DNA of 64,000 nt from Gekko japonicus (Eukaryota). The stretch spans positions 62,001-126,000 of the forward strand of contig NW_015173682.1 in the NCBI RefSeq assembly GCF_001447785.1, given 5' to 3'. Of this stretch, positions 24,206 to 37,802 are shown piece after piece; the stretch's first letter is position 1; the number at the start of each line of letters is the position of its first letter. The position numbers were made by a program, and so were the translations under genes. The notes below the pieces were generated by a model, which was given only the letters and a program-made list of their open reading frames with translations, was not told where the DNA came from and made no database searches.

Positions 24206-26789
24206 TCATAGGGTGGCTTCTGTTGAACAGTAGCAAGCAGCCAAGCCTCATTGAATCATGCAGGTCAGGTGGTATCAACTCACCCAGAGGGTGCTGCTAA
24301 GCCTAGGTTTGCCAGCCTCCAGGTGGGACCTGGAGACCCCCCAGAATTACAACTGAACTCTAGACAATGGAGATAATGGGTGGGCTCTGTGGCATTATAT
24401 CCTGCTGAGGCCTCTCTCCTCCCCGACCTCTGTACTCCTCAGACTTCATCACAGAATCTCCAGGAATTTCCCAGTCTGGAGCAGGCAATCCTAGTTCCAG
24501 GCCTGGCTCCAAAACAGCCCTGGAACATGCTGTGGCCTTCTCCCCCTGCCTTTTTAACCCATCCCCCATGCTATCTCGCCATTCATACTGCAGGAGGAAT
24601 CTTTCCCCAATCCCAGCTCCAGTTCTGCTTTTGCCTCCTGCCCACTTCCCCCACACATCATCTCTTTCTGTGTCTCTGGCTATGAGCCAGTCTATCTCTC
24701 ACTGTCGATGCAGTGGGGCCTGGAGTAGATCCCTGTGGCAGCCATTTTGAAAGGTATTGGGGGGGGTTATGTTGTACACTACCCTGAGCCCTGCCTGTTT
24801 GGTTGGTGGTAGTGGTTCAAAATCTAACTGAATAAATAAATAAATAGGTGGGGGGGTCAATAGATGGCCTGGTGATGTCACATCACTAAATATGGTCTCT
24901 ATGTGTAATCCCAACCATTTGACTTTCAAGAGATGGGGTGTTTAGCACACTAATTTTTAAAAATGGAAATTACCTAATATGATATGTAGTTGAGTTATCA
25001 GTGCCAGATTATTGCTTTCTATCTCTGGTTTACATGTACAATATTTACCACAAATAGATGGGTGTAGAAGTCTTAGAAGATATCATGCATCTGTAATATG
25101 ACATAGCACCCGCTATCCAGGAAGAAGTGATTTGTTCATAATCCTGCTGTGAATTCGTTGTTGGTTTAATTCATTTATCTAGATTCCTCTGAACAAATGT
25201 TGCAGGGGAGATTCAACACTGATTAGAAAGTTGATGAGTAGGGAAGATGGTGATTAACTTAAATTACTAAAATAGGGGATTTTGGAGTTAAACCTGTCTG
25301 CAAATCCTATCTTCAAACCTACAAATTATTCTCAAATACCAGGTAGATTTTATGTGGTTATTGTGTTATGAGGGGAAAGAACATTTGCAGTCTTAGCATG
25401 AAGAATTAGAGCATATAGTTAGCAATCGTTCTAGAAAAACTGGCTTCCCACTGTCCAGTGTTTCCTACAGCAGCAACAGGCTTCTCTAATGGTCAACAGG
25501 GCATGGCTGAGGAGAACTCACTGTATATTGAAGTGTTGCTTGTGGGGAGATGAGAGAGACACAGGAGTAGTAACAGTGTGTGAACCTATAGCAGACAATT
25601 CTGGTGACTACGCACTTGTTACAGGTCAGCAAATTTTCTTATAGATGTTCTTCTATGCTGTGTGGCTCAGTTATGTTTACCATTTGCAGCTCCCTGGTAT
25701 TTCATTTGTAGGGTCACATTTTAGGAGATAATTAAAAATCAAGTCAATCCCATCTGTTGCAGGGAGTTTCACTGGAACTTGGCAGTTTCTCTTTCGTTAT
25801 TTACAGTATGTTGTGTCCTATGTCCCCTTTTACCCTGAAGTGAAAAAACAAGCCATGAACGATTGAAGTAGAAAAAGCTGTATATTAATGCCTCAGAATC
25901 TGTGTAATATGTTTTATTAGGACCAACTGAATTGGCACACAAAACTGGAAAAAGTTTTGAACTCACCAGAGTTTTTCATCAGGCTGGATGTTAACAAAAT
26001 TTTAGGTGTTCACTAAAAAGAGATGGCTCTGCTCCTCATGGGATTTTATCTATCAATCAATTCATTTATTAGGATCCAGGATCAGCCAACTGGAGTCTTG
26101 TTGGAATTCCTCATACTGCATGGTTCACCCTGTGTCAGGGGAACACTGCTATCATCTGTTGATGGATCAGTCAGCACTCACATTTCCTCTAATTGCAGGC
26201 AAGGCGGATAGGAAGCAGTAGTGTGTGAGTGGCTCAGCACACCCATTTTTTCTTTGTGGGTTTAGTGGGGACAGATGGAGGAGGTGCAGCACTTGCCATC
26301 ACCAGTCTCTCAATATTTGTCTATAGTGCATATGTAAATCAAGTGGCTTTAGCATGTAAGACTGTCATGAAGTGTTCTGTTCCAGATTATTTTTTTAAAA
26401 AAAAGGTATTAAGTGCACAGGGATACAATGTCAAGGGCATGACAGGAGAATACAGTTTCAAGAGAAAATAATTCTAGCAAAGCAGTAAATTGGCCTATAG
26501 ACCTATTCTGTACTTATGACTTCTCTCACTGCTAGAAAAGTGATTTGGTTTGTGATAGCTAAATAATTTTATTTTCCTTTGAGGGTTTCCAGAGGGGGTG
26601 GAGGAGAAGGCCTTGACTAGTCAAAAGGAGGGGGATGAATGCAGCTCTTAATTCTTGGGAGGTAAGGAATAACACTTTCCCCCAGAATTGGGTAGATAGC
26701 ACTTACCAGTGAGTGGCCCATTGTCACTCTGGGATGTAACAATTACATATACTTGCTTGAAGCAAGCAGCTAAAATATTCCTGGACTCT

Positions 26790-27008
26790 GGTGGTGTAGG
26801 AAAGTGCCATCAAGTCATAGCAGACTTATGGCAGCCCTGTGGGGTTTACAAAGCAAGAGACATTCAGAAGTGGTTTGCCATTGCCTGTCTCCACATCATG
26901 ACCCTGGTATTCCTTGGAGGTCTCCCATCCAAATACTAGCCATAGCTGATCCTGCTTAGCAACTGAGATCTGACAAGATCAGGGTAGCCTAGGCTATTCA
27001 GGTCAGGA
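26790..27008 (-). mobile_element. 5S rRNA-derived SINE
   Basis: ggtctcccatccaaatactagc...cctgcttagc...gagatctgac is the reverse complement of the 5S head. Confidence 0.75.
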
Positions 27009-27054
27009 CTCTACATAAGAAGAAAGGTAGTTGTGATGGAGCTGAGGCCTTCCA

Positions 27055-27385
27055 GTCCACGACTGACTTATCCATTAGGCACTGTAGGCATAGTGCCTAG
27101 GGCCCAATACTTTTAGGGGCCCATGAAAATGTTTTAATTTATTTTAAAATTAGAAGAAAAATGAACTTTTAGGGTCGAAGAAAATGTTTTAAATTTTTTC
27201 TTCCATCAGAAAAAAAATGAAATTTTAGGGCACACAAAAATCTATTAAATTTTACCTAAAACAGAAAAAAGTTGAAATATTTAAAATTATACCAATAATA
27301 GATTTTAATATTGATATTATTATGGTGGGAGGGGCTTACAAAGGCATAAGTGCCTAGGGCCCACAAAAGTCATAATGTGGCCTTG
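27055..27385. mobile_element. hAT/Charlie-like non-autonomous element, degraded
   Basis: Repeated agtgcctagggccca subterminal motif at both ends. Confidence 0.5.
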
Positions 27386-27494
27386 TTTCAGTCATAAACA
27401 AAATGGGAACAGTAAAACAAGAGGAGAGGGCACTTTGTTACAATTACTGTGCCACAATTTCAAGTAAACAGACATGGTTTGAAATATGTCTTTA

Positions 27495-28229
27495 TAGCTG
27501 TGCAGAGTTTATTGGTGAAATGGACACCAAAAAACAGCAGCTTGGTAGATGATGGCCTATTGGAAATAGTTCTCAGTTCCATATTTATTAATAGGACAGT
27601 GCATCAGATTTGGAGAGCAGTAAGGAATCTGTTTTAAGGGGGGGAAATGGAAAAGTAAGCATTTATAATTCCATCTAATGTACTGTTACGTTATGCTGAC
27701 CTGTTGTGAATCTGATACAGTTCTGATACAGCTCTCCCAAATAAATGTATCTTTAACACGTTCCCTGCGCATGCGCAGGGGACGCTCTGTCACTTTTGGG
27801 GGATTTAAGTATCCCCCTGATATTTTTTTACAGGTTTCAGATTTTTGTGCACACCTGGGGACTGCCCCAAGTGTGCACAAACATCTCCCTCCCCCCCAGG
27901 TGCCCCCGATGTGCGGAAATAAGTATCCGCGTGCAGGGGGCGACTTTGGTATTAGATATATAGATAGCTGTGCAGAGTTTATTGATGAAATGGACACCAG
28001 AAAACAGCAGCTTGGTAGATGATGGCCTACTGGAAATAGTTCTCTGTTCCATATTTAATAATAGGACAGTGCATCAGATTTTGAGAGCAGTAAGGAAACT
28101 GTTTTAAGGGGGGGGAAATGGAAAAGTAAGCATTTATAATTCCATCTAATGTACTGTTATGTTATGCTGACCTGTTGTGAATCTGATACAGTTCTGATAC
28201 AGCTCTCCCAAATAAATGTATCTTTAACA
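27495..28229. repeat. 264-bp direct duplication (27495-27758 and 27965-28229) flanking an insert
   Basis: Direct alignment, about 9 differences. Confidence 0.95.
27759..27964 (-). mobile_element. Helitron-like 5' fragment
   Basis: The minus strand begins A|TCTATATATC; CpG-rich with internal palindromes (cctgcgcatgcgcagg). Confidence 0.6.
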
Positions 28230-29160
28230 GTTGCAGTACATGCAAAAGTCAGATTTGTAAGATGAAACTGGTAATAAATCTGAAAGTCTACATTAAGCAA
28301 GATGACACTTGATTCTCCTCCCACCCCAACTCTGACTGTGAGCAATACCAGACTGCTAATAATGGTTGAATAGCGATAGAGACAGGCCCATATGAGAAGT
28401 TTATGAAAGTTATCATAATGCAAATTTGAAGAACCGGTGAATCATAGAAATGACATTGTTGATAACAAATGACATGTATAATTTGAGTGGTATGATGGAC
28501 AGAGCACCGCATGGGTGAGATTGTTACTTATGTAATGTATTTATAATCTGTGCCTTATATTCTTAAACAGGAAATACTGTAAGAGTGTTAATGTTTTAAG
28601 CATGTTTATATTTTGAGCAAAAATAATACAGTTAATTGGGGTTGCCTGTGTCCTTTATAAAGTTTATATCTTTGGTATCTGGCAATACATTTTATGGCAC
28701 ACAATGCGTGGCCCAACAAAGTCACATTTATGTCAGATTTGGCCCTTGGAACAGTTGTGTTGTGCTTATTACTTGACCTACATATGTAAGAAGAAAGTTT
28801 TTTAAAGAGGAGACACAACTTGTGTTTGCAGGTAGCCTTGTAAATGTGATGTGATGGGTTTCATTGTAAGAAAAAATACATATAAAATTATGGATCATAA
28901 AAACAATTGAAAACTTGCCAGAGAAATCATCATGTTCTAATATTGTTAGATGAATTACCCTAGGAGGCCTGCAGGCTCATGTGGTCCCTTGTGCCTACAT
29001 GTGCAGATTAAAAATTAAGTATTTCCACCTTTGTAGGAAACAGTAGCTCATTGGTTCATCTAAACCACAAACTATAACTTGTTTTTTGCTATCTAAATCA
29101 GGATTCCAAGCCATGGTTTAATCTGGGGTGGAATCCTGGTTTGAAGGGTAAACAATATAG

Positions 29161-29542
29161 TGTCAGGTTCGATAGTCAGATCACACCACACAGCGCTTCA
29201 TAAGAAGTATTCTGTTTATTGGTAGTTCATAACTATGAGACGTGTCAGGAATGGCCCAAATCAGCAGGGCAGCCAAAGTTATTGTAGTTTCAAAACACCC
29301 CCCATTACAAGCAGAAGCCAATAAGCAGTGTGCATTGTGTGTGCGTGCGTGCAGGGGTGGGGTGGGGGGAAGAGAGCCGGCAAAATAGGAGCTGTTCCCA
29401 GCAGGTCAGGAGCAGCTGGAACCCCAAGGTCAGAAAAGCATAAGCAGATAACAACCCAGACAGGAGACATTGTTAGTGTATCAGGCTGAGGAGAGGAGGA
29501 TCTCCCCCCACACATTACAGGGAAAGTCAGTATTAACTGACA
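29161..29542 (-). mobile_element. Solo LTR
   Basis: tgtcag...ctgaca ends, TSD tatag/catag, tttatt (minus-strand AATAAA) near the left end. Confidence 0.65.
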
Positions 29543-31859
29543 CATAGTTTGGAATTCAGAAAAAACAAGCAAAAGTTATAGTTTGTTCTTTCCCCTCAAA
29601 GTAGTATAAAACTGATTTTAAATTTTGCGCCATGCAGAAGGGAAAAAAGTATGATAAATTTTGTTACCCTGGATAATGTTCTGTCTTGGATATTAATCTT
29701 GAAGTGATTTCCTAATTGCCCGACAAACCAGTTCTCCTCTTGGAAAAAATTAGGAGACGGATTTATGTAGCCAAAGTTTTGGTGGGTTACACATGTAGAA
29801 AAAATTGATTTGATAAATAAGCTTTTACTCTGTTTATACATTGTTGTAACAGGTACAACAGATTTAGTGAGTAACATGAATTTCAGGTCCATAAATATTT
29901 TTAAGCTCTATGAATACCACAACAGGTTTCTGTTCTTTTTTCCCTCTTTAAGTTCCACTTTGTATCTCCTTTGCAGCTAAGAAGATCAGCTGCATGGTTA
30001 CTTCTATTTAATGTTTAGCCTCTTCTGTTTGCCTGAGGTCTCCAATTTAGAATTCTCTGAAGAAATTAAAATTTTCAGATGGAAAAGTGTGTACTGATTT
30101 TTTTCCACTGGCCATCTGTGCTTCTGTTAGTAGTTGAGGGAAGAAAGAAAAACACGGCCATTATGCCAAATGAGTAGAAGAGAGAAGCAAATTTATAGCA
30201 TAAAATATGCAACTTTAACTAGAAAGAAAAACTCAGACCTAAGGGTGAACAGACCACAGAATAAAAAGGTAGTCATTTCCAACAGCTTTGGAGGATAGTG
30301 TATCCTGATTAACATAGTCCCCAGACCAGAGTCACCCAAGGTCTTGCTTGTGGTTCCACAGGGTGGGGCGGGAGGCAAAGCAATGTGTTGCAGCTTCTTG
30401 GTCAGCAGCATGGCAGTTTGCAGCTGGGGTGGCTGCACAGGCTCCTATTTTCCTCTCCCCCTGGCCCAGGGAATAAGAAGCAGCCTGGTGTGGCTGGGGG
30501 GGGAGGGGAGGCCGGGCCAGTGGACCTTTAGTGGGAGTCTTCCTTCAGGTCTTTCTGCTGCGGATAACAGGAGGCCCTGCTGCTCTGCCTAGCCATTCTG
30601 CCGCGTGACTTCATCCACCCAGCCCTCCTGTTCTTCACATTGTTGTGGTTGTTTCCTGTTTTCCTTTCCTCTCGTTTTCACAACTGTGTTGGCGGTGTCA
30701 GCATGGGGCTGGATCCATTTTGGAGCAAATGTGGCCTGTGTGCCCATTTCCTCCATCTTTTAGGATCCCCTTAAGGGATCTTGGGGTGAGGACTTGCAAG
30801 GTACATGCCTAGCTCAGGGGCTGTCAAAGTGCCTCACTTTCAAGTGCCAGGGGAGATGGCACAGTGGCCTGCACCCATGTGGAATCCTGCAGACTGCCAT
30901 CCCATAGTATCCCCAAGCAAGTGGACTGGGGGTGGTCTGTACATTGGTCAGCAGGCGGGTAAGCCCAATGCCCAGATTTGTTTGCCCCAGGCTGCACCAA
31001 GCCTCTTTTCAGCTGTAACCAATAAGAAGTTGTGGCCAGTTTAAGTACTGTCTGTCTTTATTACATGTTTGGTGGGTCTGCCTCACCATCTTCCTGCCCC
31101 CATCCCCTTGGAACTGGGCCTTCAAATAATCTCTTTTTCCTCCCAATGTTTTGCTATGAAGCTGTTATTTTGTGTTTTGTTAAACTGCTGGCTTCTTATA
31201 CTTGTTTGTAATAATTATGAGTTGTCGTGGAGATCTTCAATCAAAAAGGCTGGATAAAAAGTTTTAAATAAACCAATAGTTGATTATATGGATGACAGCA
31301 AACTTGAATCAATTTTGAGTAGAAAGCGTGCCTTGTGTTTCTGAGAGCACCTTTTCCTGGTTGTGGTGGCTGTCTGGATTTGGAACTACTATATACACAA
31401 ACCAGTTCTTTACAGAGTTCAAGCACTGCAGAATCCCCATCAGTTCTTGCAAACTGTGGCAAGCTTTAAAAATATGGTGCATCTGTTTGAAAGGGCATTC
31501 CCATTAATAATGTATTGAATAGATCATGTTGAAGAAAAGAATGGGACTAAAGTAGTACTCATATGACAGATTTTTCTTATTTCATCTGAAATTAAGATTG
31601 TATTTGAGCCAAAGCACTATGCATTATAATGGTAACCAGGCACATTTTTGAGGAGGAAGGAAAAGTTGGAATTGTAGTAATAACCCTTCATTTAAAACTA
31701 AGAGGGATGGAAAACTGCTTGATGGCAAATTTGAATGGGGACATGCCAGATAGTGAAAAATTTAAGTGCTCCTTCCTTTGCTCCTTCTCTATTCAGAATT
31801 GTCCCTGTCAGATGTGGCTTTTCGTGTTCTAAGTGGTTACTGTAGGAAACTAATTTCTA

Positions 31860-32395
31860 CAGCATGACTCAAGCACATGTTTACCCAGTCAATGTGAGGA
31901 TAGTTCAAGGACTCCCAATATAATAGCATTATCTTCTTTAGTCACCTCCCTTATTTCCTTCTCGATCTCAAGATCAGCCTCAGGGTTTGATCAGGTGGGC
32001 AATAGTACACCTTCACTTTTAGTGTAACCCTTAGGGATCAGTATTTCCATCCATATAACTTTTGCTGGGGAGTTAATTCCTCTGATGTGTTCTGACTTAT
32101 TTGATTCTCTCTTTCTCTGACGTACAATGCAATACGAGGGGAGTTAATTCCTCTGATGTTTTCTGACTTACTTTATTCTCTCTCTCTCTGACGTACAATG
32201 CAATACCAACAACAAACCTGTCCCTTCATGTCCTGCCTATAGAATTTATATTCAGGAATAACTGTATCCCATAGATTTTCCCCATTCCACCATGTTTCTG
32301 AGATACCGACTATATCTAAATTGTCATTGAACACCAAACACTCCAGCTTCCCCATCTTGGCTCAGAGACTTCTAGCATTGGCATATAGACACCTA
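31860..32395 (-). mobile_element. CR1 endonuclease fragment with an internal ~70-bp duplication
   Basis: DIVGISETWW motif; duplicate at about 32068-32135 and 32138-32206. Confidence 0.8.
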
Positions 32396-34679
32396 TAATG
32401 TGTTTCCCTCTCTAGTAACCCTCGTCTCCCTTGGTCCCTTAGTCACCACACATGGCCCTCAGTCACCATTGTGCCCTCTGTTAACATGCAGGTTGAGCCT
32501 CAGAACTGATCACAGTTTTTCGCATTCCCATGTCAAACAAATGTCCAGCAGTGTGCACATTTTGCCCCCCCTCCCCGGCGGAATAACGGACAGACAACAG
32601 TTTGGAAGTAAACAAGGGCCACTTTATTAACTATTTAACACTACATTGCGGCAAGGGACCAGCTAAGTGAGCACGGAACAGGCAAGGCAGGTGTCACTCC
32701 CCTGACTAACCTCCTTGCCTTTTCTCGGGCGGGTCACCCAGCTTTGGTCCAGAGCCACAGTCACATTCCCATGTCAAACAAATGTGCACATTTTCTCTTA
32801 ACTTCCCCCTTCCATTGAAGCACAGAATAAGGCAATTCTGTTTTATACTACGAAATCCAGAAGGTGAGGGTGGTTCAGACTTATTTTCTATTCTAAGCCA
32901 AGAGCTATACTAAGCTACAATTAAAACTGACAGCACATATCAATAATTTAAGTTGCAATAATTAATTTATCCCAGTAATATATTTTATCCCTAGCCGCTT
33001 ACAACCTTAGTATAGCTCTTGCGGAAATGAAGTTGAGAGCAAAAAGACTGAGATAAGAAATAAGGCATGGTTCCCAGCCTCAACCCAGAAGAAGAAGAGG
33101 GTTTGCACACGTCAGTACCTGACGAGTACATTAAAAATACTTGGGGAGATGGTGCCAGACTTGCAGGGCTTCACCATTCCCCATCTGCTTTATTTCTATA
33201 TTCTTATATTCCATCTTCTGCTGCCTAAATGTACTCTCCTTTGGAATTTTTTTTTTAAAACCTTGTTTCATAATTCCTCCAATAAAATTCAGTATCACTG
33301 GTTCTGAGCTGACACTATACCTAGCGTTAGCCTTTGTTCTGAAAAGTTAATAATAATTTAATGAACCAGGTCAACACATCTGTTAGCCAAAGTTCAGTTT
33401 GGGATGGGAATGAAGGAGCTAGGTCTATATGAAGGAGCTAGGTCTAAACATCTGTAGATATTTAAAAAATCAAGCAAAACAGTCACACATGTACAGACCT
33501 TTATTTTCTGTTGTAACATTTCTAGAGAGGATGTGAGTTTGGGCCTTTTTACTTTTTATGTTCAGTTGTCTCCCAAAGTTGTCATTTTTCTTTATCTAGG
33601 TACATGATATTTGTGTATAAGTATTTAATTTTTGTAATGAGAGGTGCCAGGATGAGAAGCGCTTCGTGAAAACGGAGGACTTTTAATCTCGCCTCCTAAT
33701 CCCACATGTGTAGGTACTGGCTTTGATTACTTAGTGCTTAGAGAAGGGCACTGTGTAAATGTCAGAGATACTCTCTTTTAAAATATTCATGTTTTTCAGC
33801 TCTGAGCTGGGGCTTTCTAAAACAGGAGATGGCATGGAACCTTTGGGAGCCCACACTCAAATGTAGCCCTAGTATAAACATCACATGCAAAAGGATCATT
33901 ATAAGGACTATCTTTTAAGTTTCACTTTCCCACCATAGCAGTTTGTGACTCAAAGATCAAGTATTATGCAGCTGATTTATTTTTGTTTGGCTCGGAGTTG
34001 TTGAAAAGATGGTTATGCCAATTAAATGGTCACATTTTTTGTCAGAAAATGCAACTCAAGTTGCTTGCTGCAGAACACAGTTAGTTTTACTAAGCAGACT
34101 AGTGTCCCAGAAAAAAACGCAGCCTGGTTATTTGCCATCATGTGGTTTGAAAGGTAGAAAGAAACCCTGTATCCTCTTGGGGGCATGCATTTATTAGAAA
34201 GCCTGCCATTAGAAATAGAAAATGAGAAAGTTATAAGTTTGGTAAGAGTCAAGAGGTTTACATTAAGCCCCTGAACTAGGTCACAGGTGACAGTCAGTTC
34301 ACAGATGGCGTTACATTATAATCGTAAGATCTTGTTTTATTATTATGTATTCCTTTTTTATTTTATCTGCAATAGAGTATGTGATGTGAGAAAACAGAAA
34401 CCAAGAAAATACTGAGATAAAACTTTTGGGACCTCTTGTGGGAATTTCTTGGTATTCATGGTATAATTTCATTGTCCATTGGGATTATTCTTGCTGTGAT
34501 AGCTGATTAGACTGAATATTGAAGGTTTATGATAGAGGTTCTGCTTTGAATTAGAGTAGTATCTTGTGTAAGGCTTTTCACTAACAGATGTTGTCTGCCA
34601 GAAGTGTAGGTGCTGCAAAAGATATAAATTTCTTGTATGGGTATTGCTATTCAGTTATGAAAATTAGGCATAAGTTTGA

Positions 34680-36458
34680 CTTCTGGTTTATGGTGGCGCA
34701 CCGAGCAGACTCACCTTCCGGACCTCCCGGGGGGTGAAAGCTGCGCACCAGCAGAAAGGAGGGGGTGCGAGACATCGCTACCCCCCCAGAGCCTGGTGAA
34801 AGGCTCCTAGCCAGGGGACTTCTGAGAGGTCGCCTCTTCGCCAGCGGAATGCTGGGGAATCGAGGCGCTTCTCCATCCCGACAGTCCTTCTGCTGAGTGT
34901 TCGAATGGAACAAGTGACGCTGACCGGGGCAAGCGCTGGAGATCGAGCTGTTAAAACGGAGGCTAAACAAGGTTGAGAATGACCGAATATGAATGTGAGT
35001 TGGATTAAAGCGTACTTGCTGATTTAAAAAGAAAGCTTCCCACCCCATGGGCTAGAAAGTAAAGCGAGCGGGGTAGGGGCCCCTCCCATGTGCACAATTT
35101 CAAAAGCGAGACTCGGGGGTGTGTGGAAGCAAAAGTGACGAAATCTGTTGGGAAAGACTTACCAGAGCGCATATGAGCATTTGAGCGCATATTCAGAGAC
35201 TTTATAAATCTTTGTGAAGGTAAACAATTCATAAAAATGGCGGGGAAGAGGACAGAGAAAGAGAAACTTCCAAAAGCGAAAGTAGTTGGGAGCCCACGAC
35301 CGGAGGGAACCACTGAGCTGGCCAAAACGTTGACAGAATCCCTGCGCCCCCTGGTGGATCAGTTGAATAATCTCAAGGAACAGCTGTCAACAATGAACCA
35401 ATGTATCACCACTCAGCAACAGCAATTGAATGAGGCTCTTAAAATTACAGAACAAACAGCTGAGGTGAAAGAAGTTGACGCCACTGCTCAAAAGGTGAAG
35501 AAAAAGGTACAAAAATTGGAAAAGAAGCAAGTTTCTACAGAAGAACAGCTTTTACAATTACAAATGGAGAAGTCAAACTTGGTCCTTTGTTTCCAAGGTG
35601 TCCCAGAGACTAAGGGTGAGAATCTGTAGCAAACGATGAGTGAAGCATTGGCCCCAGTAACAGATTTGAAGGCGGAATTTTTGATAAGCGAGATGGATGT
35701 GGTCTACAGGTCATATTCTGGATATATAAAGAAAAATAATCTGCCTGGGGAAATAGTAACAAGATTCTTGAAGAGGCATGTGAGGGATTCTATCCTGAGA
35801 GCAACAGCGGGATCATCTTTGAAAATTGGGGACAATACTATCAGGAATCTGAAAGATATTCCATTTGAAATAAGACAAAGGAGAAAGAAGTACAAAGATC
35901 TAATCCTTTTTCTTCAAACAAATGCCATCGTGTACAGGATGACTCTGTTTTTAAAGCACGGGAGTTTTTGAGAATCCAGTTGGGAGAGCCAGAGGAGGTG
36001 GGAAAAGAGGAAAAGGACAGTAAGTCCAGTGGCGAGCTGGACTCGGGGTCTTCTGGAGAGGACGCTCTTTCTGAGACAGGGGCGGCGGCTCTTAAAAGTC
36101 CCTACAAACTGCGGAAAAGACAGGATAAGAAAAAATGAAGGCTGAAGGACTCTGAATTGTGCCTTTGAAAACATTGTTCTTAATAATGAGATGCTCTGGT
36201 TTTTTTAATCAACAGTTAAATTTAAGATTTAAAAGATATACTAGCATGTCTGACTAAGTTCATAAAAATGTTAGCGTTTTAAGGGGTGGCTTTGTATTTA
36301 AGCAGATTTGATAATCTCCTCTCTTGAGTTTTTAGTCAGTAGTGGGTATCTTTCCTTTTTCCTTAATTCTAGTTCCCCTCCCTATTTTCATTGTAGTTTG
36401 TAGTCCTTATATAAAATGCAAAAAAAATCCCCTTCGTGGGGCCGGAAAAAAAAGAAAA
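34680..36458 (+). mobile_element. Full-length ORF1-only L1-like element (HAL1-like)
   Basis: 21-bp TSD gaaaattaggcataagtttga (34659-34679 and 36459-36479); CpG-rich 5' UTR; ORF1; A tail; no ORF2. Confidence 0.85.
35237..35971 (+). pseudogene. L1 ORF1p-like RNA-binding protein with one in-frame stop (35627-35629)
   Basis: ORFs 35237 and 35636 share a frame; coiled coil, then NLVLCFQGVPE, PGEIVTRF and DIPFEIRQRRKKY (RRM/CTD-like motifs). Confidence 0.8.
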
Positions 36459-37802
36459 GAAAATTAGGCATAAGTTTGAATTTGGTCATGAATTTTAAGA
36501 ATCTGAGCTTCAAACAATTTGTCTATCTTTTAACCTCACCCTTTTTTAGAATTGTATATTTTTGTTAAGCCACTGTTATTCATTTTAGTTGGCTTCCAGA
36601 TAAAAATGAATAAGTAGCAATAACAATGATTTGTTCGTGCGGAAACATGTATCTTCTGATTCAAGACCATCAATTTATGGAATATTTGTCAGCCTGACTC
36701 AGAATCAATAAGACTTTGATCATCAGCTACATTTTAATTATTTATTTAATAGATTTATACTCTACCTGTCTCACAGAGATTTGATGGAGCTTCAATTCAA
36801 CTGCTTAATTGTGATACATTCTATATTTATAACTGGACTGGTTAAAATAATTCAATAAATGTATTCTGAATTCACATAAGCTTCTTTTGGACTAAATTAC
36901 TGTTTCTCATAGTACCTTTTTGAATTTGCCAAAAGGCTCAAATAATGAGATATGATGAGCCCTATTTGAGTTTCTCTTTCTCTAATACAGATGTGGTACA
37001 CTTAACATATGTATAGATTTATTTGCAGTAATAGGTTTGTTTCACGTTGGATCTTAGAAAGTCATTAATTCATCCACGGATCAGACATGAAATTACTTAG
37101 GTTTAGACTCTAAGCCTTTCCCACACTTTTCTGTTGCAGAAGCCTTTCCCCCACTTTTCTGTTGCAGAAGCACATTCCTCTGGCATTAGACACATTGAAA
37201 GACCAGTGTTTTTCCATGAACAGAGAAGTGCCTGGCACTTAAAGGAACATGGTCCACAGCAGAGGGTTTGCCTCTGAAATGACCAGAAAGAAGGACTGGA
37301 TTCCATCCATTCACTTTCCATTCCAGAGAACTCAGTACATTGCTCTGTGTGTGTGTGTGTGTTTGCTGGTGTGGCTGTATGTTTTGGTGACATAGAGGAT
37401 CCCTTCCAATTTTCATACAAGACTGCTGGTAAAGAATGTTACATAAAGCTTTGTCTAAGTATAGTTGAATGTGACTAACAACATAATCTCCAAGCAATTA
37501 ACCTAGAAAATTGATTTTAAGAATTTGTTCAGAACAGATGGCTGAACTGTTTTTAAAAATTTCCTGTGTCTATAGGAAGGTGTCATACCACTCCAAATTA
37601 TGTACATTATATATATATTGCTTCTCAAGATGTCACTCTCACTATTGTAGTGTGTGTGGGAGAAATGATGTCACAACGAAAACCTTCATAAGTTATGTTT
37701 TGTTCATGGTCATTGTTGATCCTTTATGCAATCCACAGAAAGTCTTTACATGTGTGGTTACTGGCACATGGGTTCATTAATATTTAAAAGATGGTTGTTG
37801 CC

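Noticed and set aside
30190-31050. GC-rich block, possibly an old LINE 5' region or a regulatory island
   Set aside because: No termini, motifs or coherent frame that I can support
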